NCBI GenBank assembly: GCA_964459335.1
Contig: CAYWJX010000001.1
Span: 33,642 to 97,641, forward strand
Length of the DNA: 64,000 nucleotides
Source of the DNA: an uncultured Candidatus Saccharibacteria bacterium
GTDB taxonomy: Bacteria; Patescibacteriota; Minisyncoccia; Phycocordibacterales; SBAW01
Direction of reading: 5' to 3'
Position 1 is the first letter of the stretch, and each line of letters opens with the position of its first letter. The position numbers and the translations under genes are program-made. The notes beneath the pieces were generated by a model. That model saw only the letters and a list, made by a program, of their open reading frames with translations. It searched no databases and had not been told where the DNA came from. This document shows, piece after piece, positions 29,663 to 41,776 of the stretch.

Positions 29663-30976
29663 TTATAACCCCATTTCTTTGTTGCGAAGTTTCCGATGAT
29701 ACGCAATCGCAAAACGATGAGCCTCCGCGTTGGCGAGCAAGATGTCGTGTTCGTGGCCAGTGATAACTCCCCTGTCGCCTTGTATCGCCCGCGGACGATG
29801 CTTGTCGTCTTTGGTGACACCAACCACCGGTATGCGGACGCCGAACGAGGCGAGCACTTTGTCGGCGGCATTAAGCTGAGCCGCACTGCCATCAACCACA
29901 ATAATGCGGGGGCTCGGCCACTCGTTGTGCGCCAGGCGGCGCGAGAGCATCTCGCGCAAAGCTCCAATGTCGTCGCCAGCGCCTGCGGCTTTGATTTTAA
30001 ATTTGCGGTACTCGTTTTTGAGCGCCGTGCCATTTTCGACAACGGTCATCACGCCCACCATCGCACTGCCGCCCAAATGTGCCGCGTCGTAAGCCTCGAT
30101 TCGTGTCCCGCGAATCGCCCCGAGGGAAGTCGAGGGGCTACGAAATTCTTCTTTTATCAAAGAGATATCTTGGATGTGCTTAAGCGCAAATAGTTGGCTA
30201 CGTAACTTGGCCGCCTCTTCAAACCGCTCGGCTTTTGCAAGCTTTTTCATGTCGCGCTCGAGCGATTTTATCAACTCACTTTTTTTACCTTGAAAGAGCA
30301 TCACGATGCGGCGCACAATTTTGCGATACTCTGTTTTATTAATCGCGCCAGAACATACGCCAGGGCACAATCCTATCGCGGCGTTAAAACAGGCTTTGGT
30401 ATGTGGTGTACACGTATCGCGGTACGGAAATATCTTTCGGATAATTTTTAAAGCTTCTTTGAGTTGCGCGCCGTGTGGAAATGGACCAAATGTATGAGCA
30501 GCAGGAAAAGCTCGCGGCTGTTTATGCACGAGCGCAGAAAAATCCTGCGTCTGCTCACCTTGGCAGCTCGCAGCGTGAGCCGCCACAGAATTTTTCTGCG
30601 CTAATTCCTTTCCTCTCACTAACAACACTCTTGGAAAATCCTCTTTAGTAACAACTACGTAGTTCCACGATTTGTCGTCTTTTAAATCGGTGTTGTGTTT
30701 GGGTTTGTGGCGCTTAATTAAATTGGCCTCGAGTATCAACGCCTCCAAAACCGAGTCGGTTGCACGCCACTCGATGCTCGCGGCTTTTTTAACCATCTCG
30801 ACAATGAGCGGCCCGCGCGAGCGGTGGAGGTCGGCGGCAAAGTAGCTGCGCACGCGGCTGCGCAAGCTGGTGGCTTTGCCGATGTACAAGATTTTTTTAC
30901 GCGCATCCAAAAAAAAGTACACACCCGGCCCATCGGGCAAAGTACTCATCCGTTTTTTAAACTGCTCAAGCGTCAT
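29663..30976 (-). CDS. uvrC: excinuclease ABC subunit C (short form)
   Basis: PGVY..LYIGKA..LRSRV GIY-YIG, UVR domain, RIEAYD, VVDG; HhH tail absent. Confidence 0.92.
   Translation of the reverse strand: MTLEQFKKRMSTLPDGPGVYFFLDARKKILYIGKATSLRSRVRSYFAADLHRSRGPLIVEMVKKAASIEWRATDSVLEALILEANLIKRHKPKHNTDLKDDKSWNYVVVTKEDFPRVLLVRGKELAQKNSVAAHAASCQGEQTQDFSALVHKQPRAFPAAHTFGPFPHGAQLKEALKIIRKIFPYRDTCTPHTKACFNAAIGLCPGVCSGAINKTEYRKIVRRIVMLFQGKKSELIKSLERDMKKLAKAERFEEAAKLRSQLFALKHIQDISLIKEEFRSPSTSLGAIRGTRIEAYDAAHLGGSAMVGVMTVVENGTALKNEYRKFKIKAAGAGDDIGALREMLSRRLAHNEWPSPRIIVVDGSAAQLNAADKVLASFGVRIPVVGVTKDDKHRPRAIQGDRGVITGHEHDILLANAEAHRFAIAYHRKLRNKEMGL
30531..30602. repeat. hairpin cassette family A inside uvrC
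   Basis: 28 nt arms (24/28) around core cttggcagctcgcagc; encodes HAASCQGE. Confidence 0.9.
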
Positions 30977-30985
30977 AGGCTTATC

Positions 30986-33589
<2,604 letters not shown>

Positions 33590-33842
33590 ATGTTGTTTAC
33601 CTTAGCCTCTTTCTGCAATGCGCGGTACACAAATTTCTGTGGACAAACGCCATAATAGCCCCGAGGCATGTCCTAGGGGTTATCTATGTCACTTTAGTAT
33701 AACAGAAACAGAGAGGGGCGCACGCTTGAAAGCGCGCGCCCCAAGGCCCGGGGACCAACGAGCGACCCGGACCTCTCACCGGGGGTGGTAAGTCCCCAGT
33801 GGAACGTTCTGCAAGATACAATACACAGATTGATGATTATTG

Positions 33843-36014
33843 TCAAGCTTTTGTCTTTTTTGATTTTTTTGCAGATGCGCCGCCCATTAAGGCCGCTATT
33901 TCGTCTCTTAGGATGGCGGCAGTTTCGAAGTCGAGGTTTTTAACGGCTTCGGCCATGTCGCGCTTTTTTTGCGCAATAAAGCTGCGCGGATTCTTTTTGT
34001 ACTCGCCCTGCTCTATCTCGAGCATCTCGTGCACTGCCTTGCCGTGCTCGGTGCGCAACTCGTCGGTAATGTCTCGTATTGCTTTGTGGATTGAGACCGG
34101 CGTGATGTGATGCTCTTTGTTGTACGCAACTTGCACCGCGCGGCGGCGGTTGGTCTCGCCTATCGCTTTTTTAAGCGAGTCGGTTTCTTGGTCGGCATAG
34201 AGTATCACGCGACCCTCAATGTTGCGCGCGGCGCGGCCGATGGTTTGTATCAGCGACGTTTCGGAGCGTAAAAATCCTTCTTTGTCGGCGTCGAGTATCG
34301 CCACCAACTGCACCTCGGGCAAGTCGAGCCCTTCGCGCAAAAGATTGACGCCCACGAGCACGTCATAGGCGCCCTTGCGCAAGTCGGTGAGCGTCGTGAT
34401 ACGGTCCAACGTTTCGATATCGCTGTGCAAATAGGCCGCTTTAATCTGCCTATCTTTTAAATAGTCGGCCAAATCCTCAGCCATTTTTTTGGTGAGTGTC
34501 GTGACCATCACGCGCCCGCCATTTTTAATCACCTTTTCAGCCTCATTTAAAAAGTCTTGCACTTGGCCTAGAGAAGGCCGATTCTGTGAGCGCTGCGAGC
34601 TGCCAAGGGGAGCAGAATCGGCCTTCTCTAGGCTTTCAACTGGCAATGAAGAAACCTGCTGATACTCACCTTGGCAGCTCGCAGCGTGAGTCTCATCAGG
34701 TTTCTTCATCGCTCCTCCCGTGACCGGTCGCACAATAATCTCCGGGTCAATCAAGCCGGTGGGCCTAATGATTTGCTCGACCACTTTGGTGGAGTGCGCT
34801 TTTTCATACGCGCCCGGCGTGGCGCTGGTGTAGATGGTCTGCCCCACATTTTTTTCGAACTCATCAAACATGAGCGGGCGGTTGTCGACAGCCGACGGCA
34901 GGCGGAATCCAAAGTCGACTAAATTTTCTTTACGCGCTCTGTCGCCTGCATACATGCCGCCAAGTTGCGGCACGGTGACATGGCTCTCGTCGATGATTGT
35001 CAAAAAGTCGGGCGTGCCATCGGCCTTGTGCGGGAAGTAGTCGAGCAAGGTAAACGGCGGTTGGCCGGGGCTCCGGCCGTCAAAATGCCACGAGTAATTC
35101 TCTATCCCGTTGCAATAGCCAATCTCGCGTATCATCGCGAGGTCGTAGGTGGTGCGGCGTTTTAAACGCTCGGCCTCAAGTAACTTGCCAGCGCGTTCAA
35201 ACTTTTTTAACTGTTCTTTAAGCTCAAGTTTAATATCCTCCACCGCTCGCGCGCGCTCGTCCTCGGGCGTCACATAATGTTTTGCCGGGAAAAGAAATAG
35301 CGACGCCTTTGGCTCAAGCTCGGCGCGCGTTATAGCATCAATCACGCGCACTTTCTCAATAAAATCTCCGTTGAACTCTACGCGATACAGCACGCGTTCG
35401 CCTGTCGGCATTATCTCAACGCTGTTGCCGAGTGCACGAAACGTACCCGGCGTTACATCGGCCGTCGTGCGCGTAAAATATACGCCAATGAGATCGCGGA
35501 TGAGCTCGGCGCGATTTTTTTTGACGCCTGCGGCAAGCTCGAGATGCACTTTGCGATATTGCTCGGGCGAGCCCAAACCATAAATACACGAAACGCTTGC
35601 TACAATTATTACATCACTACGGCTAAGCAGAGCCTGTGTTGAGGCATGGCGGAGCCTGTCAATCTCTTCGTTTATCTGCGCTTCCTTCTCGATATAGGTG
35701 TCGCTCGTGGGGATGTACGCCTCGGGCTGATAATAGTCGTAATACGAAACAAAATATTGCACGGATGCGTCGGGGAAAAACTCTCGATACTCCTGCGCGA
35801 GCTGAGCCGCGAGCGTTTTGTTGTGTGCAATCACGAGCGTAGGCTTTTGCGTTTGCGCAATAACATTGGCCACGGTAAAAGTCTTGCCCGAGCCGGTAAC
35901 ACCGAGTAAAGTTTGATGCCGCTCTCCACTCTTTAGCCCTGCCACGAGCTCGGTAATGGCCTTGGGCTGGTCGCCCGCCGGCTGATAAGGTGATTTGAGT
36001 TTAAACGTTGCCAT
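33843..36014 (-). CDS. uvrB: excinuclease ABC subunit B
   Basis: GVTGSGKT, YYDYYQPEAY, DESH, IGRAARN. Confidence 0.97.
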   Translation of the reverse strand: MATFKLKSPYQPAGDQPKAITELVAGLKSGERHQTLLGVTGSGKTFTVANVIAQTQKPTLVIAHNKTLAAQLAQEYREFFPDASVQYFVSYYDYYQPEAYIPTSDTYIEKEAQINEEIDRLRHASTQALLSRSDVIIVASVSCIYGLGSPEQYRKVHLELAAGVKKNRAELIRDLIGVYFTRTTADVTPGTFRALGNSVEIMPTGERVLYRVEFNGDFIEKVRVIDAITRAELEPKASLFLFPAKHYVTPEDERARAVEDIKLELKEQLKKFERAGKLLEAERLKRRTTYDLAMIREIGYCNGIENYSWHFDGRSPGQPPFTLLDYFPHKADGTPDFLTIIDESHVTVPQLGGMYAGDRARKENLVDFGFRLPSAVDNRPLMFDEFEKNVGQTIYTSATPGAYEKAHSTKVVEQIIRPTGLIDPEIIVRPVTGGAMKKPDETHAASCQGEYQQVSSLPVESLEKADSAPLGSSQRSQNRPSLGQVQDFLNEAEKVIKNGGRVMVTTLTKKMAEDLADYLKDRQIKAAYLHSDIETLDRITTLTDLRKGAYDVLVGVNLLREGLDLPEVQLVAILDADKEGFLRSETSLIQTIGRAARNIEGRVILYADQETDSLKKAIGETNRRRAVQVAYNKEHHITPVSIHKAIRDITDELRTEHGKAVHEMLEIEQGEYKKNPRSFIAQKKRDMAEAVKNLDFETAAILRDEIAALMGGASAKKSKKTKA
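34566..34712. repeat. two back-to-back family A hairpin cassettes inside uvrB
   Basis: 34566-34633 (21 bp perfect arms) and 34643-34712 (24/27), cores in opposite orientations. Confidence 0.92.
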
Positions 36015-36019
36015 CCAAT

Positions 36020-36703
36020 TTACTGTACCGCATTTCGTTCAAACTTGGGAGTTAAACTCCCAAGTAGCCATTGCATTTCCTTTTCTTGCTTTTTACGCTC
36101 AACAATCATTTCTAGAGCTTCATTAGCAAATTTTTTATACGCATCTGGACTCTCAAACTGTCCTAAAATAACTTCCTTTTCGCATATAGATCCCATATGA
36201 CCCAATTCTGAGTCCATATATTCCGTCCAGCTTGAAGCACTGAGCTTGGGAGTTAAGCTCCCAAGCTGGTTATTAAGATTTACATAAACGCTTGTGTGCA
36301 AAAGCTGCTCGTTTGATTCGACATGAACAGATTTATACGTGCCTTGGAATAGGCCGCCGGACCTTGAGTATTTTTCATTGAAATAGTTGGTGTAACCGGT
36401 TCCAAGCCTCTGCATAAATTTTTGAATTCCTTTTTCGGACGTTTGCTTCAAAAGCAAATGAAAATGATTTGGGTTAAGACAATAACACACCACATCAACC
36501 AATTTGGGAGTTAAACTCCCAAGTTGTGTTTCTTTTTGGAAGCGATGTTCAAACAAGCTGCCAATAGGATTAGGCAAATTAAATGCTTGGATACTCTCTA
36601 AAAATCTGCTCAGATCATCTGCGTCTGAGAATATGTCGCGTTTTTCGACGCCACGATTAAACACGTGGTAAAATTCCCCTTGCTCTAAAACTATCGGTCT
36701 CAT
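36020..36703 (-). CDS. REP-associated tyrosine transposase (RAYT; IS200-like Y1 HUH)
   Basis: YHVFNRG, YCLNPNHFHLL (HUH), YFN.KY.RSG.LFQG.YKS, YVNLN catalytic Tyr region. Confidence 0.9.
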   Translation of the reverse strand: MRPIVLEQGEFYHVFNRGVEKRDIFSDADDLSRFLESIQAFNLPNPIGSLFEHRFQKETQLGSLTPKLVDVVCYCLNPNHFHLLLKQTSEKGIQKFMQRLGTGYTNYFNEKYSRSGGLFQGTYKSVHVESNEQLLHTSVYVNLNNQLGSLTPKLSASSWTEYMDSELGHMGSICEKEVILGQFESPDAYKKFANEALEMIVERKKQEKEMQWLLGSLTPKFERNAVQ

Positions 36704-36743
36704 GGCCGCGACTATACCACTTGGGAGTTGAACTCCCAAGTGG
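36043..36743. repeat. four TTGGGAGTTAAACTCCCAA REP palindromes in and just upstream of the RAYT gene
   Basis: copies at 36043-36065, 36243-36267, 36501-36525, 36717-36743. Confidence 0.92.
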
Positions 36744-37997
36744 TTAGCGAAATTTATACTGCTCTAAAAAATCGTTTTTAAATTGTGAAAAAGTGCCGTT
36801 TAAAATACTTTCGCGGGCTTGCTCACACAGGCGCGTCAAAAAACGGATGTTGTGCTGGCTCGCGAGGATTTGCCCCAGCATTTCGTGCGTCCGAAAAAGA
36901 TGGTGCACGTAGGCGCGGGTGTGATGCGTGCACACGATGCAATCGCACTCTTTGTCTATCGGGCCAAAGTCGCTTATATACTCCGCATTGGGTATCTGTA
37001 TCTTCCCTTTTGTTGTAAACAACCCGCCGTTGCGGCCGTTGCGCGTGGGGATGACACAATCAAAGGTGTCGACGCCATACTCGATGCCGAGCAAAATATC
37101 CGCGGGCTCGCCAACGCCGAGCCCATGCACCGGTATGTCCTCCGGCAACTCGGCAAGCATCGCAAGCGCCGACTCGAGCGAGTGTTCGCCGTATTTTTTA
37201 CTAAATGAGCCGCCGAGCCCAAAGCCGTCAAAGCCCATCTCGCCGATGGTTTGCGCACTCTTAAGGCGCAAGTCGTCAAACTGACCGCCTTGCGCGATGC
37301 CGTATATCATTTGCTTTTTATTTGCCTCAAAATTTTGACGGTGAGCGGCGAGACTCCGTTTGGCCCACGCATGTGTGCGCTCCATTGCTTCTTTTTGAAA
37401 CTCATAGGTGGCGGTGGGCGCGGTGCATTGGTCAAACGCAAAAAAGATATCCGCGCCAAGCTTGTGTTGTATCTCGACCGAGCGCTCGGGCGTAAAGCGA
37501 TGGAGCGAGCCGTCGATATGCGAAGTAAACGTAACACCGTCGTCGTCGATAATGGCGAGCTTGCCGTGGCTGGTCGCAAGTTCTTCGTCCCAAAAAGCCG
37601 GAAGAGGAAGTGAAGCTGGAGGAGGAGTTGCCGTCTGCTCACCTTGGCAGCTCGCAGCGTGAGCATCCAACAACTCCTCCTCCGGTTCCGGTTTTGAGAA
37701 TTTTGATATCTTCTTTCCAAATCCTTCTCCCAATGAAAATACTTGAAAGCCACCCGAGTCGGTCATGATGGGGCCGTCAAATCCCATAAACTTGTGGATA
37801 CCGCCCGCTTGGGCTATCAACTCCTCGCCCGGCGATAAATATAAATGATATGTGTTGGCAATGACCGTTTGCACGCCGAGCGCGCCAAATTGCGTTACAT
37901 CGACGCCTTTAACATCGGCTTTGGTAGCCACGGCAACAAACGCCGGCGTGTTGATGTCACCGTGCGGCGTATGTATTACTCTGGCTCTCGCTCGCAT
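36744..37997 (-). CDS. tgt: tRNA-guanine transglycosylase
   Basis: NTYHL, TDSGGFQVFSL, DTFDCV.PTR, CDC..C zinc site. Confidence 0.95.
   Translation of the reverse strand: MRARARVIHTPHGDINTPAFVAVATKADVKGVDVTQFGALGVQTVIANTYHLYLSPGEELIAQAGGIHKFMGFDGPIMTDSGGFQVFSLGEGFGKKISKFSKPEPEEELLDAHAASCQGEQTATPPPASLPLPAFWDEELATSHGKLAIIDDDGVTFTSHIDGSLHRFTPERSVEIQHKLGADIFFAFDQCTAPTATYEFQKEAMERTHAWAKRSLAAHRQNFEANKKQMIYGIAQGGQFDDLRLKSAQTIGEMGFDGFGLGGSFSKKYGEHSLESALAMLAELPEDIPVHGLGVGEPADILLGIEYGVDTFDCVIPTRNGRNGGLFTTKGKIQIPNAEYISDFGPIDKECDCIVCTHHTRAYVHHLFRTHEMLGQILASQHNIRFLTRLCEQARESILNGTFSQFKNDFLEQYKFR
37612..37689. repeat. hairpin cassette family A inside tgt
   Basis: ggaggaggagttg/caactcctcctcc arms around cttggcagctcgcagc; encodes HAASCQGE. 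Confidence 0.9.
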
Positions 37998-38477
37998 TTA
38001 TTGCGCCGCCGCACCCTCCGGCAATGGTGCCGTATCGGTCGCGACCGTAACATTTAGGAGATCTACCTCAAAGGTGAGTGTCGAGTTGGCCGGTATGGGG
38101 CCATACGCTTGCGAGCCATAGGCAAGATTAGGTGGGATGATAAGTATGCGCTTGCCGCCAACCTTCATGCCGACGAGGCCTTGGTCCCATCCGGGGATAA
38201 CATTGCCTGCGCCGAGTACAAATTGAAACGGCGCTTTGCCGATGGAGGTGTCAAACACCGTGCCGTCGGCGAGCTTGCCCGTGTAATTGACAGTAACCGT
38301 GTCGCCTGCCTGTGCCACTGGCCCAGTGCCCACAACCTCGTCTTGTACGACCAAACCACCGCTCGTAGCGGAATTAGAAGAAGTATTTTGCATAAACGGA
38401 TTAAAAATAAAAAAGAGAACAACGACCACAATCGCGGCCGTAACCGCAATGGCTACTTGCATGGTGCGTGATGACAT
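37998..38477 (-). CDS. FKBP-type peptidyl-prolyl isomerase
   Basis: [41 protein letters not shown]. Confidence 0.95.
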   Translation of the reverse strand: MSSRTMQVAIAVTAAIVVVVLFFIFNPFMQNTSSNSATSGGLVVQDEVVGTGPVAQAGDTVTVNYTGKLADGTVFDTSIGKAPFQFVLGAGNVIPGWDQGLVGMKVGGKRILIIPPNLAYGSQAYGPIPANSTLTFEVDLLNVTVATDTAPLPEGAAAQ

Positions 38478-38491
38478 ATCTATATATTACT

Positions 38492-39568
38492 CTACTTGGA
38501 GCTCCGGCGTAAAGGAGTGTAAGGGAAAAGCGCGTAGCCCACTTCGGCGGCGTCGGTATTGATAACGACACCCGAGGATGCTGTGGCTTCAAGCGGGCTG
38601 GCCATTTGCGATGTACTCCGCCCGTTGCCTCCCCCGCCGCCCGTGAGGAGCGAGTTGATACCCAAAAGTGAGAGTGCCAAGAGTGCAACAAATGCACCGT
38701 TAATAAGCAAGTGCACCGGTTGAATTTGCAGATGCGTAAAAAAGGTAAGCGCGACAGCCAACACGAGTATTGCAGCGCAAAATCCCAGTATCCAATTGCT
38801 TGTGGTGACCGGCTCGGCAAACGCGCGCAAAGCTTGTTTTACAAACGACTGTATATTGGAGTTAAAGTCATTGGCCGCAATCGAAACAGGCGCTATTTGT
38901 ACCGATGCGCCCTCCACTTGTGCACCGGAAGGTAAAGGCGAGGTTACAGAAACGGTAGTGGTTGGCGCCGATGCCAAAACAGATGTAGTGCTCGAAGTTG
39001 CTACAGACACCGGTTGCACCGCGACAACTTGTTCAACCGAAGCACTCTCAAGCGGCGCGGCAAAATATTGCACAACATACGTTGCGCTTTGCCCTTCATA
39101 CATACCTTGCGCCACGCCGACGCCAATGGAGGTGTACACCGGCTTTACGATATTGGCGCGATGCGAGGGCGATGCCATCCACGCGTTGACCACATCCGAG
39201 GAGTCGATAAAACGCACGGCCAAATTCTCGCCCGCATATTGATATTGATAGCCTGCCTCCGTTATCCACTGCCACGGCGTTTTGCCGTCGGGCCCGACGT
39301 GGGAAAAATAACCGTTTTGCGCCATGTCGTCGGCCTTTGCCTGCGCGGCTTTGTCGAGCAATGCGTCTTCGGAGAGAGCTCCGACATTGTTTTGCGCGCG
39401 CTCGGAGTTGGTGAGCGCAATAATCTCGGCGGGAACCACGGCGGCCAAAAAAGTTTGGCTCGTTTGTCGCGCGATAAGATTGGAGACCAAAAAGCCCTCG
39501 GTGGCGAGGATAACGACAAAAAAGACAATAAGCCATTGCCGGTGCAAGATATGCCCTAAAGGCTTCAT
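38492..39568 (-). CDS. CAP/SCP domain protein
   Basis: LTN.ER, AAQAKA.DM..YFSH, AGENLA, WMASPSHRANI. Confidence 0.92.
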   Translation of the reverse strand: MKPLGHILHRQWLIVFFVVILATEGFLVSNLIARQTSQTFLAAVVPAEIIALTNSERAQNNVGALSEDALLDKAAQAKADDMAQNGYFSHVGPDGKTPWQWITEAGYQYQYAGENLAVRFIDSSDVVNAWMASPSHRANIVKPVYTSIGVGVAQGMYEGQSATYVVQYFAAPLESASVEQVVAVQPVSVATSSTTSVLASAPTTTVSVTSPLPSGAQVEGASVQIAPVSIAANDFNSNIQSFVKQALRAFAEPVTTSNWILGFCAAILVLAVALTFFTHLQIQPVHLLINGAFVALLALSLLGINSLLTGGGGGNGRSTSQMASPLEATASSGVVINTDAAEVGYALFPYTPLRRSSK

Positions 39569-39623
39569 ACGCCTATTTTAACATAAAGAAAAAGGCGCCC
39601 CACAAAATGCGGAGCGCCCTGCG

Positions 39624-40652
39624 TCAACGAATGTTCATCACGCTCTTTTGGAAGTCGCCGAGGCTTTGGCCCCAGAGCATTTTAAAAGCGCGGCGCATCT
39701 GCTTGAGATAGTCTTCGATAACGCTTGCGGGAGCGACCATGCTGCGCACCCTTGCAACATGCTCCGGATTCGTGGGATCGAGTTTATCGATACCCATCTC
39801 AATCCCCCAAATACGAAGCGCTTGCTTGTCCATGGGCGCCGGCAGGCGTGCCGGAAAACATGCCTCGTATTCCGCAAGACTCCAAAAACGAGTGCAGTCC
39901 GGCGTCCATGCCTCGTCTCCCAAAACGAGATCGCCGAGCTTGCCGTTTGCTAATCGTCGGCGCCCATACTCACATTTAGAATCGGCGCCGATAACACCGC
40001 GTCCGAGAGAATACCCCGCAAAGAGTTCGAAGTCTCGGAGCGCTGTTTCTTCGAGCTCTATGCCATGACTCTCGCGAACTTTTCGGTAGTTAAGAGGCTT
40101 ATCGTGGCCAACCTTTGCCTTGGTTGTCGGAGTAAAGAGAGGCTCTTGAAGTTTTGCTCCCTTGATTAAGCCTTCCGGCAAAAGGTGCCCGCAATAGGTA
40201 CGCTTGCCTTTTTTGCCTTTCTTGTAGGCCTTCATTAAATTGCCGACCGCATGGCCGCGAACGACGCACTCTATATCTTCCATGGTGAGCACATGGACGA
40301 CCGTGGCACACTGATGAAGCTCAGGATTCCCCCGCAGTTTAACCGGGAGAAAATGGTCGATATCGGGACCATAGGCAAGCAAATCATCTTGAGAAGCCGG
40401 GTCTGCGATTCTCCTGTAGAGTCTGGCGGCAATGTTAAACGCATTGAGTATCTCCCCCTTGCCGGGGATAAGAAAGCCGAGCCTAAAGTCAAAGATGCTT
40501 GCGCGGTGGCTCACAATCGGCAGTGCATTCGGCAGATTATGCCACTTGCCCGGCAAACGATAGGTATCGCGCACCTTCCCCACGCGAGGAAGATGCAGAG
40601 ACTCCACCAATTGCACGCGCAACGGTGACGAGTCGAGCGTTATGTGGGGCAT
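39624..40652 (-). CDS. purC: SAICAR synthetase (divergent)
   Basis: GKVRDTY, ECVVRG, PLFTPTTK, DE..TPD.TRFW, DKQ. Confidence 0.85.
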   Translation of the reverse strand: MPHITLDSSPLRVQLVESLHLPRVGKVRDTYRLPGKWHNLPNALPIVSHRASIFDFRLGFLIPGKGEILNAFNIAARLYRRIADPASQDDLLAYGPDIDHFLPVKLRGNPELHQCATVVHVLTMEDIECVVRGHAVGNLMKAYKKGKKGKRTYCGHLLPEGLIKGAKLQEPLFTPTTKAKVGHDKPLNYRKVRESHGIELEETALRDFELFAGYSLGRGVIGADSKCEYGRRRLANGKLGDLVLGDEAWTPDCTRFWSLAEYEACFPARLPAPMDKQALRIWGIEMGIDKLDPTNPEHVARVRSMVAPASVIEDYLKQMRRAFKMLWGQSLGDFQKSVMNIR

Positions 40653-40761
40653 CTTCTCTTTCTCCTCTAACCTCTAGAGACAGTAACTAGTCCTCACATA
40701 CCTTAGTTTTTTTCCACTTTTCTGTCAAAGGAAGCCAAAAAGTTGAGGTATACTTTTACAT

Positions 40762-41220
40762 ATGAAAAAAACAGTGATAATACTCTTTTGTACGTGCTCT
40801 ATACTGTTCGGGCTCCCCGCCCTCGCACTAGCTTCATCGGTAGACTCTTCGGCGCCGATTCAAAAAGACATTGCCAATGTCTCGCCCACCGCGGCACAAG
40901 ATGCACAACCGCTCTTTGTCGCGCTCGACAGCTTTCGCTCGTCAATGGCCGGCGTGCTCGACTCACAACTTGCTTTTGCACAAGCAAAACTTGCCGGCAC
41001 ACCTCAACTGTCTATCACTGACATCTCTGCAACCAAAGACGCCGCAGTTTCAAATCCGTGGAGTACGTTTTGGTATGCGTTATATATGCTGTATTTTTAC
41101 GCACTCACTGTCCTGCGCTGGGTAGTCGGCAACGCGATAGTTTTTTATCCTGTCTTTGTATTGCTCGTGTTGTATATCCTCCTGCGCCTGTTTAGCTGGT
41201 GGCGCCGTCCGAGGTACTAA
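40762..41220 (+). CDS. exported/membrane hypothetical protein
   Basis: signal peptide and C-terminal TM. Confidence 0.65.
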   Translation: MKKTVIILFCTCSILFGLPALALASSVDSSAPIQKDIANVSPTAAQDAQPLFVALDSFRSSMAGVLDSQLAFAQAKLAGTPQLSITDISATKDAAVSNPWSTFWYALYMLYFYALTVLRWVVGNAIVFYPVFVLLVLYILLRLFSWWRRPRY

Positions 41221-41234
41221 TACTCAAAGTATTT

Positions 41235-41341
41235 AGCGCGCAACTAAAAAAGAAAAAGCCAGGCGGGGGCGTGCCGCTTTTTAAGGAGCGAAGCGACTAT
41301 AAAAAGTGGGGTTAAAGCTTTTTCTTTTTTAGTTGCGCGCT
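41235..41341. repeat. 25 bp perfect inverted repeat enclosing an inner hairpin; one arm is the VKOR gene 3' end
   Basis: agcgcgcaactaaaaaagaaaaagc / gctttttcttttttagttgcgcgct. Confidence 0.85.
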
Positions 41342-41772
41342 ATTCTCCAATGCCAAAGCGCTATCCCAAACAGCACCAGCGTTGTCACGGCCGAAAGGCC
41401 GCAATAGAGGCACAGCGCGTGTATCACGATATATTGAAACAGCTCAAAACAAATCGAGCACACAAGGCCGATTGTTGCATACGCGAGCACATAAAGGCGG
41501 AGCTTTTGTGAGAGCGGTTTTATAGCAAGAAACGTAGCAAGTCCGAGCATGTATATATAGTAGAAGAGTCCGATGTAGGCAAAAGGCACGCCAAACGGCG
41601 TGGCATAAGGGCTGGAGAGCACAATCTCGCATCCACCGACGGCACAGGTGGGTATGATGCCAAGGAGGTGATAATACGAAAGATACAGCGTGTCACCCAA
41701 GCCAATAAAGGTGGCTGCAATGAGCCAAAAAGGCGTGAGCAAAACTTTTTCAACCGCATTTTGTGGAGGCAT
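41329..41772 (-). CDS. vitamin K epoxide reductase (VKOR) family protein
   Basis: C..GGC..VL.S.Y, CLYC motif, four TMs. Confidence 0.92.
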   Translation of the reverse strand: MPPQNAVEKVLLTPFWLIAATFIGLGDTLYLSYYHLLGIIPTCAVGGCEIVLSSPYATPFGVPFAYIGLFYYIYMLGLATFLAIKPLSQKLRLYVLAYATIGLVCSICFELFQYIVIHALCLYCGLSAVTTLVLFGIALWHWRIARN

Positions 41773-41776
41773 ACTT

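Noticed and set aside
29656-30042. N-terminal extension of ddl in the ORF track
   Set aside because: Overlaps uvrC in another frame; a TATAAT and ATG at 29655 give the normal start.
34566-34712. Intein in UvrB
   Set aside because: Only about 49 codons, no intein terminal motifs; explained by two DNA hairpins.
36043-36743. CRISPR array from repeated palindromes
   Set aside because: Spacing is about 200-260 nt, the repeats lie within an ORF and no cas genes are present.
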